Source of the DNA: Macrostomum lignano | Taxonomy: Eukaryota | Reading direction: 5' to 3' | Length of the DNA stretch: 64,000 nt | Assembly: GCA_002269645.1 (NCBI GenBank) | Contig: NIVC01000292.1 | Coordinates: 62,001-126,000, forward strand | In this document: in pieces, positions 38,752-49,799 of the stretch | Position numbering within the stretch: position 1 is the first letter of the stretch | Layout of the letters: each line of letters begins with the position of its first letter | Made by a program: the position numbers and the translations under genes | Notes under the pieces: model-generated | Told to the model about the DNA's origin: nothing | The model's database searches: none | The model's input: the letters and a program-made list of their open reading frames with translations, nothing else

Positions 38752-39424
38752 ACCAATCATCCGCCCACAGCTACCCCTCATCCACCAAAGCTACTCCTCA
38801 TCCACCAAAGCTACCAATCATCCACCAAAGCTACCCCTCATCCACCAAAGCTACCCCTCATCCACCAAAGCTACCCCTCATCCACCAAAGCTACCCCTCA
38901 TCCACCAAAGCTACCCCTCATCCACCAAAGCTACCCCTCATCCACCAAAGCTACTCCTCATCCACCAAAGCTACCCCTCATCCACCAAAGCTACCCCTCA
39001 TCCACCAAAGCTACCCCTCATCCACCAAAGCTACTCCTCATCCACCAAAGCTACCCCTCATCCACCAAAGCTACCCCTCATCCACCAAAGCTACCCCTCA
39101 TCCACCAAAGCTACTCCTCATCCACCAAAGCTACTCCTCATCCACCAAAGCTACCCCTCATCCACCAAAGCTACCCCTCATCCACCAAAGCTACCCCTCA
39201 TCCACCAAAGCTACCAATCATCCACCAAAGCTACCCCTCATCCACCAAAGCTACCCCTCATCCACCAAAGCTACCCCTCATCCACCAAAGCTACTCCTCA
39301 TCCACCAAAGCTACCCCTCATCCACCAAAGCTACTCCTCATCCACCAAAGCTACCCCTCATCCACCAAAGCTACCCCTCATCCACCAAAGCTACCCCTCA
39401 TCCACCAAAGCTACCCCTCATCCA
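38752..39424. repeat. 20-bp minisatellite (TCCACCAAAGCTACCCCTCA)n, ~33 copies, abutting the TENT4 exon 2 acceptor
   Basis: Direct reading. The last unit merges into TCCACCCCACCCCAG| at 39435. Confidence 0.96.
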
Positions 39425-39435
39425 CCCCACCCCAG

Positions 39436-40140
39436 GTCGTGGACCGAGTGCGCCGCCTGATCAACCAGCAGTGGCCGGAGGCCCGCCTCGAACTGTTCGG
39501 CAGTTTCCGCACCGGGCTGTACCTGCCGCTGTCTGACATCGACCTGGTGCTGTTCGGCGACTGGGAGTCCCCGCCGCTCCGCCGGCTGGCCCGGCTACTC
39601 CGGGAAAGCGGCAGCTGCGGCGACATCAAAGTGCTGGACCGGGCCAGCGTCCCCATTGTCAAGGCGACCGACGCCGTCACCGGCCTGAGCGTCGACATCA
39701 GCTTCAACATGCCGAACAGCGTCAGGGCGGCCGGTCTCATCCAGGACTTTGTGCAGCAGTTCCCCTGCCTGCCTCACCTGGTGCTGGTGCTCAAGCAGTT
39801 CCTGCTGCAGAGAAATCTCAACGAAGTCTGGACGGGCGGCATCTCGTCCTACTCGCTGACTCTCATGATTGTGTCGTTCCTGCAGCGGCACGGCTCCGAC
39901 CTCAGCCGGCCAGTTGCCGAGCTCGACCTCGGCCAGCTGCTGGTGGAGTTCTTCGAGCTCTACGGCTGCCGGTTCGACTACATGAGCACCGGCATTCGGG
40001 TGAAGGACGGCGGAGCCCACCTGCCCAAGGAGCAGCTGCTGAGAGACATGGAGCCCGGGCTACGGCCCTCCGTGCTCTGCATTGAGGATCCCCTCACGCC
40101 CGGCAACGACATCGGCAGGAGCTCCTATGGGGCGCTGCAG
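39436..40140 (+). CDS. TENT4: TENT4 exon 2: nucleotidyltransferase catalytic domain and PAP-associated domain
   Basis: FGSFRTGLYLPLSDIDLV (GS plus DxD), VDISFN (third Asp), LKQFLLQRNLNEVWTGGISSY, IEDPLTPGNDIGRSSYGALQ. Sites cccAG|GTC and CTGCAG|GTGCGC, phase 0. Confidence 0.96.
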
Positions 40141-40164
40141 GTGCGCTGCGGCATAGTCTGAGCT

Positions 40165-40850
40165 CAGTGTCTACTCCAGTGTCTGTCTGCTTCAGTGTCT
40201 GTCTGCTTCAGTGTCTGTCTGCTTCAGTGTCTGTCTACTCCAGTGTCTGTCTGCTTCAGTGTCTGTCTGCTTCAGTGTCTGTCTGCTTCAGTGTCTGTCT
40301 ACTCCAGTGTCTGTCTGCTTCAGTGTCTGTCTGCTTCAGTGTCTATCTGCTTCAGTGTCTGTCTACTCCAGTGTCTGTCTGCTTCAGTGTCTGTCTGCTT
40401 CAGTGTCTGTCTGCTTCAGTGTCTGTCTACTCCAGTGTCTGTCTGCTTCAGTGTCTGTCTGCTTCAGTGTCTGTCTGCTTCAGTGTCTGTCTACTCCAGT
40501 GTCTGTCTGCTTCAGTGTCTGTCTGCTTCAGTGTCTGTCTACTCCAGTGTCTGTCTGCTTCAGTGTCTGTCTGCTTCAGTGTCTGTCTGCTTCAGTGTCT
40601 GTCTACTCCAGTGTCTGTCTGCTTCAGTGTCTGTCTGCATCTGTGTCTGTCTGCTTCAGTGTCTGTCTGCTTCACTGCCTGCACTGTCTGTCTGCTTCAG
40701 TCTGTCTGCTTCAGTGTCTGTCTGCTTCAGTCTGTCTGCTTCAGTGTCTGTCTGCTTCACTGCCTGCACTGTCTGTCTGTCTGTCTGCTTCACTGCTTGC
40801 ACTGCCTGTCTGTCTGCCTGCCTGTCTGTTTGTCTGCCTGCCTGTCTGTC
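40165..40850. repeat. 16-bp (GTGTCTGTCTGCTTCA)n grading into GTCT/GCCT repeats; TENT4 intron 2
   Basis: Direct reading. Confidence 0.94.
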
Positions 40851-40954
40851 AGGCTAGTCTAGCCTAGCACTATAGCAGGCTTTAACAATGAGGAGTTCCT
40901 CCTCCATAGCGGCTTCAGTTCTCACCACCCCGCTACTCCGACCCGTTCGCACAG

Positions 40955-41398
40955 GTGCAGCAGGCCTTCCAGTCGGCCTACTGGTCCCTCAGCAGCTCGG
41001 TGCTGCAGCGGGCCGGCGCGGCCGCCGCGGCCTACTCGCCGCTGTCCCGCATCATTCGCGTCTCCGAGGACGTCCTTCGCTTCCGGGCCTGGGTGCAGCG
41101 CGCCTTCGCCCCGCCTTCGCCGCCGCCTCCTCCGCGTCCTGCATCGGCAGCGACCGCGGAGAGTCCGAACTTAGCGGCTGAGCAGCCGCCGGAGCTCCTG
41201 CCAGTGTCGCCTCAGCCTCCTCCGCCGCCACCGCGGCCATCCTACGCGTCTGTGGCGAAGCGACCGCCGCCTCCGCAGCGTCGGGGCAGCGGCGGGAGTA
41301 GCAGCAGCGTCGGTAGCGCCGAAGTCATCGGCGGCGGCAGCTCGGAGGCGGCGCAGTCGGCCACGTCAATGCCGGCCCTCGCCATCGCCAGCGGCTGA
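40955..41398 (+). CDS. TENT4: TENT4 terminal exon
   Basis: cgcacAG|GTG CAG CAG GCC TTC gives VQQAFQSAYWSL, completing the family GAMQVKQAFDYAY motif. SRIIRV follows, and the stop TGA is at 41396-98. Confidence 0.9.
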   Translation: MQQAFQSAYWSLSSSVLQRAGAAAAAYSPLSRIIRVSEDVLRFRAWVQRAFAPPSPPPPPRPASAATAESPNLAAEQPPELLPVSPQPPPPPPRPSYASVAKRPPPPQRRGSGGSSSSVGSAEVIGGGSSEAAQSATSMPALAIASG

Positions 41399-41432
41399 GC
41401 TCAGCGCTGCGGCAGTGTCGGCTGCCGGTCAT

Positions 41433-41742
41433 CCCTGCATCAACCCTACAGCCATCCCTGCATCAACCCTACAGCCATCCCTGCATCAACTCTACAGACA
41501 TCCCTGCATCAACCCTACAGCCATCCCTGCATCAACCCTACAGCCATCCCTGCATCAACTCTACAGACATCCCTGCATCAACCCTACAGCCATCCCTGCA
41601 TCAACCCTACAGCCATCCCTGCATCAACCCTACAGCCATCCCTGCATCAACCCTACAGCCATCCCTGCATCAACCCTACAGCCATCCCTGCATCAACCCT
41701 ACAGCCATCCTTGCATCAACCCTACAGCCATCCCTGCATCAG
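41433..41742. repeat. 23-bp minisatellite (CATCCCTGCATCAACCCTACAGC)n in the TENT4 3' flank/UTR
   Basis: Direct reading. Starts ~35 nt after the stop. Confidence 0.94.
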
Positions 41743-42804
41743 TCTCTGCACCAGAGCCCTTTATCATTCAGCAACAAACTGATGCACATCAATGTGTCAG
41801 AGAAAAAGATTATTTTAATGTTCTCTTTAACACCAATGTGATTTGTTTGACTGCTTTTGCATTAAACCCGGAACGATAGTCTACCAGGCTACTATTAGTA
41901 GTCTACTGAGCATTCTAATCAGTCAGTGGGGGAGAGAGCGGCATATTTTATCTGTACAATTAAAATCAGTTTAACGCAGTTGCGCTCCCGTATTTACCAT
42001 TCATTATTTAGCTGCAAGACGAACTTCAGAACTCAGAAATGTACTTACTGACACTCAGCCCCTCTAAGTCTCTGCTGCACACAGTTTCAATAGTCAGTTG
42101 TATTGCAAATTAAATCTTTAATCTAGCCTATTTTTCAATTTGAAATTCATTTGTTTTCACTGCCATGGCCCGCGCTTTCTGTAGAAATCTGAACCTTAAT
42201 TCAACCCTGCGCGCTCGACACACTCGAACTGCTTTTAATAAAAATTTAATATTAATTAAACCAAATGCCTTTCCAAATTTGCTTCTTGGTATTTTATTTT
42301 CACTGAGTATTGTTAGAATAAAATAAATAGAAAGTTCGCAGTATAACTAATTGTGTAACTATGCGGCCTCTTCAATCGATTACTTGTTGACTTCTGCGCC
42401 CCTGTCGGAATTTGTAATTATTCTGTAATTCAGTTCCGACTGCCGAGTCCCACAACTGTAATCAATTTTTCTCCCTGCTTGCAGTTTATCTTGGTGCCTC
42501 TATGCGTGAAACTGTTTAAACTATTCTGCAAATGCGCTGCACATACTACTGCTCCGCTCTCGGCGGACTGTATTGCTATTTTCTCAATTTCAAGCGCTCC
42601 GATCCTTGCTCTCTGAACTTGCAATTCATTTATTTCTTCATTTATTTTGCTTGAACTCTTTCGGCGCTTTCTCGCTAGAATTATTAATATTAATTGTTTA
42701 TCCTCCCGTTTCAATTGCTGCTTTAACTGAACCCCAACCCTTGCCGCCTCTTTCTGGTGGCCTGCGTGCTGCTCTGACCGGCTGTACCACACAGTATCTC
42801 CTAG

Positions 42805-43545
42805 TCCCTGCATCAGTCCCTTCCCCGATCCCTGCATCATTCCCTTCCCCGATCCCTGCATCATTCCCTTCCTCATTCCTTACATCATTCCCTTCCCCGA
42901 TCCCTGTATCATTCGCTTCCCCGATCCCTGTATCATTCGCTTCCTCATTCCTTACATCATTCCCTTCCCCGATCCCTGTATCATTCGCTTCCCCGATCCC
43001 TGTATCATTCGCTTCCTCATTCCTTACATCATTCCCTTCCCCGATCCCTGTATCATTCGCTTCCCCGATCCCTGTATCATTCGCTTCCTCATTCCTTACA
43101 TCATTCCCTTCCCCGATCCCTGTATCATTCCCTTCCCCGATCCCTGTATAATTCCCTTCCTCATTCCTTACATCATTCCCTCCCCCGATCCCTGTATCAT
43201 TCCCTTCCTCATTCCTTACATCATTCCCTCCCCCGATCCCTGTATCATTCCCTTCCTCATTCCTTACGTCATTCCCTCCCCCGATCCCTGTATCATTCCC
43301 TTTCTCATTCCTTACATCATTCCCTTCCCCGATCCCTGTATCATTCCCTTCCTCATTCCTTACATCATTCCCTTCCCCGATCCCTGTATCATTCCCTTCC
43401 TCATTCCTTACATCATTCCCTTCCCCGATCCCTGTATCATTCCCTTCCTCATTCCTTACATCGATCCTTACTTCCCCGATCCCTGCATCATTCCCTTTCC
43501 CGATCCCTGCATCACTCCCTTCTCTAATCCCTGCATCATTCCCTG
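42805..43545. repeat. C-rich 24/48-bp minisatellite (ATCCCTGTATCATTCCCTTCCTCATTCCTTACATCATTCCCTTCCCCG)n
   Basis: Direct reading. Confidence 0.93.
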
Positions 43546-43984
43546 CCGAGACTCGCAGCTCGGGAATGGCACGCAGGCACCTGACCGCTCCAGAAACGCC
43601 TACCTTCTGTAGTTGCCAAGCAGACCCTTCTGTCTAATAAAATACGCGGTGGCTTATTAGTCAGTTAATGTTCTCACCTGTATAAATACTGCACCAGCCA
43701 CGTAGCTGCCGCCTCCGTGTTTGCTAGTTTATATTCCGATGTTTAGTTATTCAAACTTCTATTGCATTATGTGACTTTGTAATTTTTATAAAAGGTCAAA
43801 AATTTTCCGCGATCGGTTTGGCTCGAGTTGGGCCTCGCGTTTTCATTGATAACCTTTTTGATGGTCACCATTATGATGCGTCTGCAGATCCCGCTGTGAG
43901 CCGCTGTGAGCCGCTTCCAGGTAGCTGGCAAACACAGGCACACCATTGAAATTCCTATGGTCTGGATTTTGCAATTTAACATTC

Positions 43985-44515
43985 ACCAATCCCGGCATCA
44001 GTCCCTTCCCCAATCCCTGCATCAGTCCCTTCCCTATCCCTGCATCAGTCCCTTCCCTATCCCTGCATCAGTCCCTTCCCCTATCCCTGCATCAGTCCCT
44101 TCCCCAATCCCTGCATCAGTCCCTTCCCCAATCCCTGCATCAGTCCCTTCCCCAATCCCTGCATCAGTCCCTTCCCTATCCCTGCATCATTCCCTTCCCC
44201 AATCCCTGCATCATTCCCTTCCCCAATCCCTACATCATTCCCTTCCCCATTCCCTGCATCATCCATTTACCCATCAGTCCCTTTCCCGATCCCTGCATCA
44301 TTCCCTTCCCCAATCCCTGCATCATTCCCTTCCCCAATCCCTGCATTATTCCCTTCCCCATTCCCTGCATCATCCATTTACCCATCAGTCCCTTTCCCGA
44401 TCCCTGCATTATTCCCTTCCCCATTCCCTGCATCATCCATTTACCCATCAGTCCCTTTCCCGATCCCTGCATGATTCCCTTCACCCATCAGTCCCTGCAT
44501 CAATCCCTGCACCCA
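43985..44515. repeat. C-rich 24-bp minisatellite (CCCTGCATCAKTCCCTTCCCCAAT)n
   Basis: Direct reading. Related to the 42805 and 41433 arrays. Confidence 0.93.
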
Positions 44516-44907
44516 GTAGGCTGGGGAGAACTTGAAACCTTCAAAAACCGTGGCTGGCAATGCGGACTGCCGCTACTCAGTTTGCCAGCGCATCAAAAAT
44601 GCCAGCGTAAAATTTGATAAATTGAACATTTTTAGCTCGGCAACAAAATCCAGAGAAGATTTCCTTGTCAGTTTTGTGCGAGTTGGCGGATCAGTTAGTC
44701 ATATTTATATCTGAGTTGTTATTATGACGATTCGCTAAAATTTCAAGTTGTTTTTTTTCTCGATCCGAGGTTTTTCTGCGGTGTTTTTCCCTGTTTCCGT
44801 TTGTTTAAATCCCCTTTACGTGTTTGCAGAGCCAACACTGCTGGATGAAAATAAATTTGTTGCTTTCCAATTTGGTATTTCCCTTTACTTGTCATTGATT
44901 CTTTTAG

Positions 44908-45590
44908 GTCAGTGATGATGTGAGTCAGTTATGATGTGAGTGAATCAGTAAGGATATGAGTCAGGGTGATGTGAGTCAGTAATGATGTAAGTCAGTGGTT
45001 ATATGAGGCAGTGATGTTAGGAATCAGTGATGATGTAAGTGAGTCAGTGATGATGTAAGTGAGTCAGTGATGATGTAAGTGAGTCAGTGATGATGTGAGT
45101 GAGTCAGTGATGATGTAAGTGAGTCAGTGATGATGTGAGTGAGTCAGTGATCATGTAAGTGAGTCAGTGATGATGTGAGTGAGTCAGTGATGATGTAAGT
45201 GAGTCAGTGATGATGTGAGTGAGTCAGTGATGATGTGAGTGAGTCAGTGATGATGTAAGTGAGTCAGTGATGATGTAAGTGAGTCAGTGATGATGTGAGT
45301 GAGTCAGTGATGATGTGAGTGAGTCAGTGATGATGTGAGTGAGTCAGTGATGATGTGAGTGAGTCAGTGATGATGTAAGTGAGTCAGTGATGATGTAAGT
45401 GAGTCAGTGATGATGTGAGTGAGTCAGTGATGATGTGAGTGAGTCAGTGATGATGTAAGTGAGTCAGTGATGATGTAAGTGAGTCAGTGATGATGTAAGT
45501 GAGTCAGTGATGATGTGAGTGAGTCAGTGATGATATGAGTCGGTGATGATTTGAGTCAGTGGTGATGTGAGTCGTTGATGATATGAGTCA
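44908..45590. repeat. 20-bp minisatellite (GAGTCAGTGATGATGTRAGT)n upstream of MCRS1
   Basis: Direct reading. About 25 regular units between 45041 and 45540 plus degenerate flanks. Confidence 0.96.
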
Positions 45591-45779
45591 AGGTAGGAGT
45601 TCAGGTAAAAGCTGTAGTTGCCGCAGGTTCGAGCAAAGTCAAAATCATGAAGCTTTATTGACTGCACTAGAAAGAGTCCGAATCATTTCTATTGAATATT
45701 GAATAGAAAATGCAGCAGCCGTGCGCGCCTGATTCGCTGCAGAGTTGGCTGAGTGCAGCCCGTACAGAGCACGGTTGAG

Positions 45780-45812
45780 TACTAACCGCCACCAAATCTG
45801 CTTAACTTGCAG
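45780..45812 (+). promoter_or_regulatory. Candidate 3' splice site (TACTAAC branch point plus TTAACTTGCAG) in the MCRS1 5' leader
   Basis: TACTAAC at 45780-45786 and AG at 45811-45812, 71 nt before the ATG. Confidence 0.55.
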
Positions 45813-45883
45813 CGCATAGATCAGTGCAATGCAGCCAGCGATTTGCCAGGCCGCCGCACTGAACTGAGCAGCCGCCGCTCATC

Positions 45884-46426
45884 ATGAAGCACCGGTCTGG
45901 CGGCGCCGCCGGCCACAAGCGGGCCGCCGCCTCCTCGGACCCCGACGGCCTGCAGGCGCGCAGGCAGCACCAGCACCCGCCGGCATCCAAGAGTCGTCGA
46001 GTGGACGGCGGCGGCACTGGCGGCTCCGGCAGCAGCAGCGGCGGCCTCAGGCAGGTGGGACAGTGGAAGCCGGAAGACGACCAGCTGCTGGTGCAGGCCG
46101 TGCTGGCGCTGCACGACCTCCGCGCCGTCCACTGCTGCGTCCGCTTCAGCTGCGCCTTTGCCGAGTCCGAGCTGCGCGAGCGCTGGCGCGGCCTGCTGTT
46201 CGACCGGACACTGTCCGGCCTGGCCGAGCAGGCGGCCCGCGCCCTGCCCTCCCCCATCCGATTCCTGCTGCGCCGTCGGGCGCCGTTCTCCCACGCTGAG
46301 GAGGACCTGCTGGCCGCGGTGACGCCCGCCCAGGCGCTGCCTGAGGGCCGCCTCTCGCTGGCTTGCTTTGAGCGCCTGCTGGCCACCCGGCCTGACGTCT
46401 TCGGCTACGGCTGCAGAACTGCCAAG
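45884..46426 (+). CDS. MCRS1: Microspherule protein 1 (MCRS1/MSP58; NSL/INO80 subunit), exon 1
   Basis: [15 protein letters not shown]...VRFSCAF...[12 protein letters not shown]...FSHAEEDLL...RTAK matches MCRS1 GRWKPADDLLLINAV...VKFSCRF...ERWYALLYD...FSKAEEQLL...RTAK. Donor GCCAAG|GTGCGC at 46427. Confidence 0.93.
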
Positions 46427-46434
46427 GTGCGCGG

Positions 46435-46490
46435 CGTCTGCCTACCTGCCTGTCTGTCTGTCTGTCTGTCTGTCTGTCTGCCTGTCTGCC

Positions 46491-46531
<41 letters not shown>

Positions 46532-46560
46532 TTCTGTTTGTCTGTTTGTCTGTCTGTCTT

Positions 46561-46603
<43 letters not shown>

Positions 46604-46606
46604 GCC

Positions 46607-46659
<53 letters not shown>

Positions 46660-46666
46660 TTCTGTT

Positions 46667-46711
<45 letters not shown>

Positions 46712-46730
46712 GCCTGTCTGTCTGTCTGTC
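46435..46730. repeat. (GTCT)n microsatellite making up most of the single MCRS1 coding intron (46427-46805)
   Basis: Direct reading. Confidence 0.96.
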
Positions 46731-46805
46731 GATTCCTATTGTCAGGCTCTGACTCGCTGGCCAATCCTGTCTACCCCAGCCCACCCCGCTGATTCCCTCC
46801 CGCAG

Positions 46806-47489
46806 GCGCTGCACCGGCACTGGGAGCTGCTGCGGCGCCACGGCCTCCTCCGCGCCTGCCCTCCGCTGGCCTGGCCGGTTGGCGCTCCGGCCACCGACTT
46901 CAAGGACGCCGAATTTCTGGTCGAGCGATTCCGCTCGGCCGCCCCGGGCCCGCCCGGCCTGCCCGCCGAGCTGGACTGGGAGGCCCGCAAGGCCCGCCGC
47001 CGGCTGTGCCGTCTGGAGGAGGAGGCGCGCCGCTGGCAGGTCGCCGCTCGAGAGGCGCTGCCGCCAGCCGCAAGGCCGCCGGAGCCCGGCGACCAGTTCG
47101 TGAGCAGCGACGGTCGGCCGGGCCTGGCCCTGCTCAAGGGCACCCGCGCCAGCTTCCTCATCTCCGGCGTGTGCGTCAGTCTGGGCCGCCGCACCGACGC
47201 CTGCGCCGTTGACATCGACCTCGGCCTGGAGGGGCCCAGCGGCAAGATCAGCCGGCTGCACGCCTTCCTGCGCCTGCTGGAGTCCGGCGCCTTCCAGCTG
47301 GAGAATGTCGGCCGCCGCCCGGTGTTCGTCAACGGCGAGCCCGTCTGCCCCGGCGAGGCCTGCCTGCTGCCCACCCCCTCCATGCTGCTGGTCGGCTGCC
47401 TGGCCTTCCGCTTCCTCGTCAACCCCGAGCTGCACACTGGCCGCTTCCGCCGCGCCATCGCCGAGGCGCTGCGGGCCAGGCGGGAGTGA
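46806..47489 (+). CDS. MCRS1: MCRS1 exon 2 with C-terminal FHA domain
   Basis: ccgcAG|GCG CTG CAC continues RTAK-ALHRHW (family RTAKALQAHW). FHA motifs LGR...[17 protein letters not shown]...[11 protein letters not shown]...FRFLVN. Spliced product is ~408 aa. Confidence 0.93.
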   Translation, partial: ALHRHWELLRRHGLLRACPPLAWPVGAPATDFKDAEFLVERFRSAAPGPPGLPAELDWEARKARRRLCRLEEEARRWQVAAREALPPAARPPEPGDQFVSSDGRPGLALLKGTRASFLISGVCVSLGRRTDACAVDIDLGLEGPSGKISRLHAFLRLLESGAFQLENVGRRPVFVNGEPVCPGEACLLPTPSMLLVGCLAFRFLVNPELHTGRFRRAIAEALRARRE

Positions 47490-47810
47490 CCTGCTGGGCG
47501 GGTATAAGAGTGACCTGCTAGCTGGGCGGGTGTAAGAGTGACCTGCTAGCTGGGCGGTTATAAGAGTGACCTGCTAGCTGGGCGGGTATAAGAGTGACCT
47601 GCTAGCTGGGCGGGTATAAGAGTGACCTGCTAGCTGGGCGGGTATAAGAGTGACCTGCTAGCTGGGCGGGTATAAGAGTGACCTGCTAGCTGGGCGGGTA
47701 TAAGAGTGACCTGCTAGCTGGGCGGGTATAAGAGTGACCTGCTAGCTGGGCGGGTATAAGAGTGACCTGCTAGCTGGGCGGGTATAAGAGTGACCTGCTA
47801 GCTGGATGGA
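47484..47810. repeat. 28-bp minisatellite (GAGTGACCTGCTAGCTGGGCGGGTATAA)n beginning at the MCRS1 last codon and stop
   Basis: Direct reading, ~11-12 copies. Confidence 0.95.
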
Positions 47811-48589
47811 TGGCGGAGTGACATGCTGGGCGGATATAGGAATGAACTGCTGGGTGGGTGGCGAAGTGACCTGCTAGATGGCGGAGTGCTCAGGGGAAAG
47901 TGTCGAATGTTTTTTATGCACTTGTACATGCTACGAGCGTATATTGCTGCTAATTGCTGTTATATTTTTTGCAATGCTTCATCCCGAAATGCCCCATTTA
48001 GCGTGTTTTGCTTGTAAAATAATAATAAACTTGATCAGCTTGGATCAGTGCAAATCAATGGTCGATTTCTGTTGTCAGTTCGTGTTTAATGATAAAATAA
48101 ACAAAAAAAACTTTTTTGCTGTCGCTGTCAATTTATTTGTCTCGCGCGCGCACTGCTACTGAGAACAGCTTTGTCAGTAGTGCGTCAAGCACATCTGGAA
48201 TTGGAGACTCAAGTCTCTGTGGGAAATTCTGCCTGCCCGCCGTGCAACCCGAGAGCTGCTGAGATCGCAGCCAGTCTCTGTGCGCCAAGCGAAGGCCATT
48301 GAACTGCCCTGACTGACTGAATCTTCCTGTTTCACAGCCAGCTAAATATCCTTTGTGGGTGGCTGGCATTGTAATTGAAAACAATAGTAAAGTTGGGGCT
48401 TGTGCTTGGCAGCGTAGCCATGTTGGGGGTAATCTGACACAACTGCGCCTTTGTGAGTTGGAGATCGATTTTACATCTGCTTTAGCAGCCAGGGTTGCTT
48501 CTGGTTGCGGCTTTGGGACTGCCTGTCTGGCCTCCTTGTCATGAGATCTCTGTACCAGTATTAGGGCTGTCCTTGTCTGTCATTAATGT

Positions 48590-49270
48590 GCCTTGTCTTG
48601 GGCCTGTGCCTGCCATGTGTCCTTAGGCTTGCGTCTGTGTCTGACATGTGTCTTTAGGCTTGGGCCTGTGTCTGCCATGTGTCTTTTAGGCTTGCGTCTG
48701 TGTCTGCCATGTGTCTTTAGGCTTGGGCAGCTGTGTCTGTCATGTGTTTAGGCTTGGGCCTGTGTCTGTCATGTGTCTTTAGGCTTGGGCCTGTGTCTGT
48801 CATGTGTCTTTAGGTTTGGGCCTGTGTCTGTCATGTGTCCTTAGGCTTGGGCCTGTGTCTGTCATGTGTCCTTAGGCTTGGGCCTGTGTCTGTCATGTGT
48901 CCTTAGGCTTGGGCCTGTGTCTGTCATGTGTTTAGGCTTGGGCCTGTGTCTGTCATGTGTCTTTAGGCTTGGGCCTGTGTCTGACATGTGTTTAGGCTTG
49001 GGCCTGTGTCTGTCATGTGTCTTTAGGCTTGGGCCTGTGTCTGACATGTGTTTAGGCTTGGGCCTGTGTCTGTCATGTGTCTTTAGGCTTGGGCCTGTGT
49101 CTGACATGTGTCAGGGCCTGTGTCTGCCATTTGTCTTTAGGCTTGGGTCTGACTTGGCTGCAGGGTGGTCCGTAGACACAGCGGGGAGGCGAGGGTCTCC
49201 CATTCCGCTAGACTTGGGCCTGTGTCTGCCATGTGTTTAGGGTCTGTGTCTTTAGGCTTGTGTCTGTCGT
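48590..49270. repeat. ~29-31-bp minisatellite (TAGGCTTGGGCCTGTGTCTGTCATGTGTCTT)n
   Basis: Direct reading. Confidence 0.92.
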
Positions 49271-49799
49271 GTGTCTTTCTGTGGTGTTTGTGCCTTATGT
49301 CTTTCCGCGTTAGTTGATCCGTGTGTCTGCGCCTAACCCTGTATCTGCATCATTCTGCATTTTGTCTTGTCCTTGAAGGTGTCTTCTGTGCCCATCTGTC
49401 TGCGGCTCCTCTTGAGCCCTCTGTCCGGCTCTGCTACCCCGCTGTGGCTCGCGGAATTCAATTACTCGATCAGTCACTCCTTGTGCAATTGAAAAGTATT
49501 GGATTTGAGTGACAGGTCAGTGCCAGCCTGAGCTGGCCGAATCAGGGCTGGCCAACGATAATAGCTGATGTCGGATGCTGAGCTGCCCGCATTAATTATG
49601 CAGGAATTAATTTCTCAATGAATTTCACCAGATGCTGTATGCCTGCCGCCTGCCGGAGCTGAAATATTTATGTAAACCAGCGGGGGGCCGCGTGTTGAGT
49701 TTTCGCGCGGGATTGAACTGAGATTTCTTAGAAAGTTGATTTCTATGCATTAACCTTCGCACTGGCTTTCGCATTGGCATCAACAATAGCTTATGAAAT

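Noticed and set aside
39439-40161. ORF ending ALQVRCGIV* as the TENT4 C-terminus
   Set aside because: The donor at 40141 and acceptor at 40954 restore the conserved ALQ-VQQAF..AY motif.
45041-45540. GTGATGA in each unit as snoRNA box C
   Set aside because: No paired box D (CTGA) or terminal stem, so it is simply part of the repeat unit.
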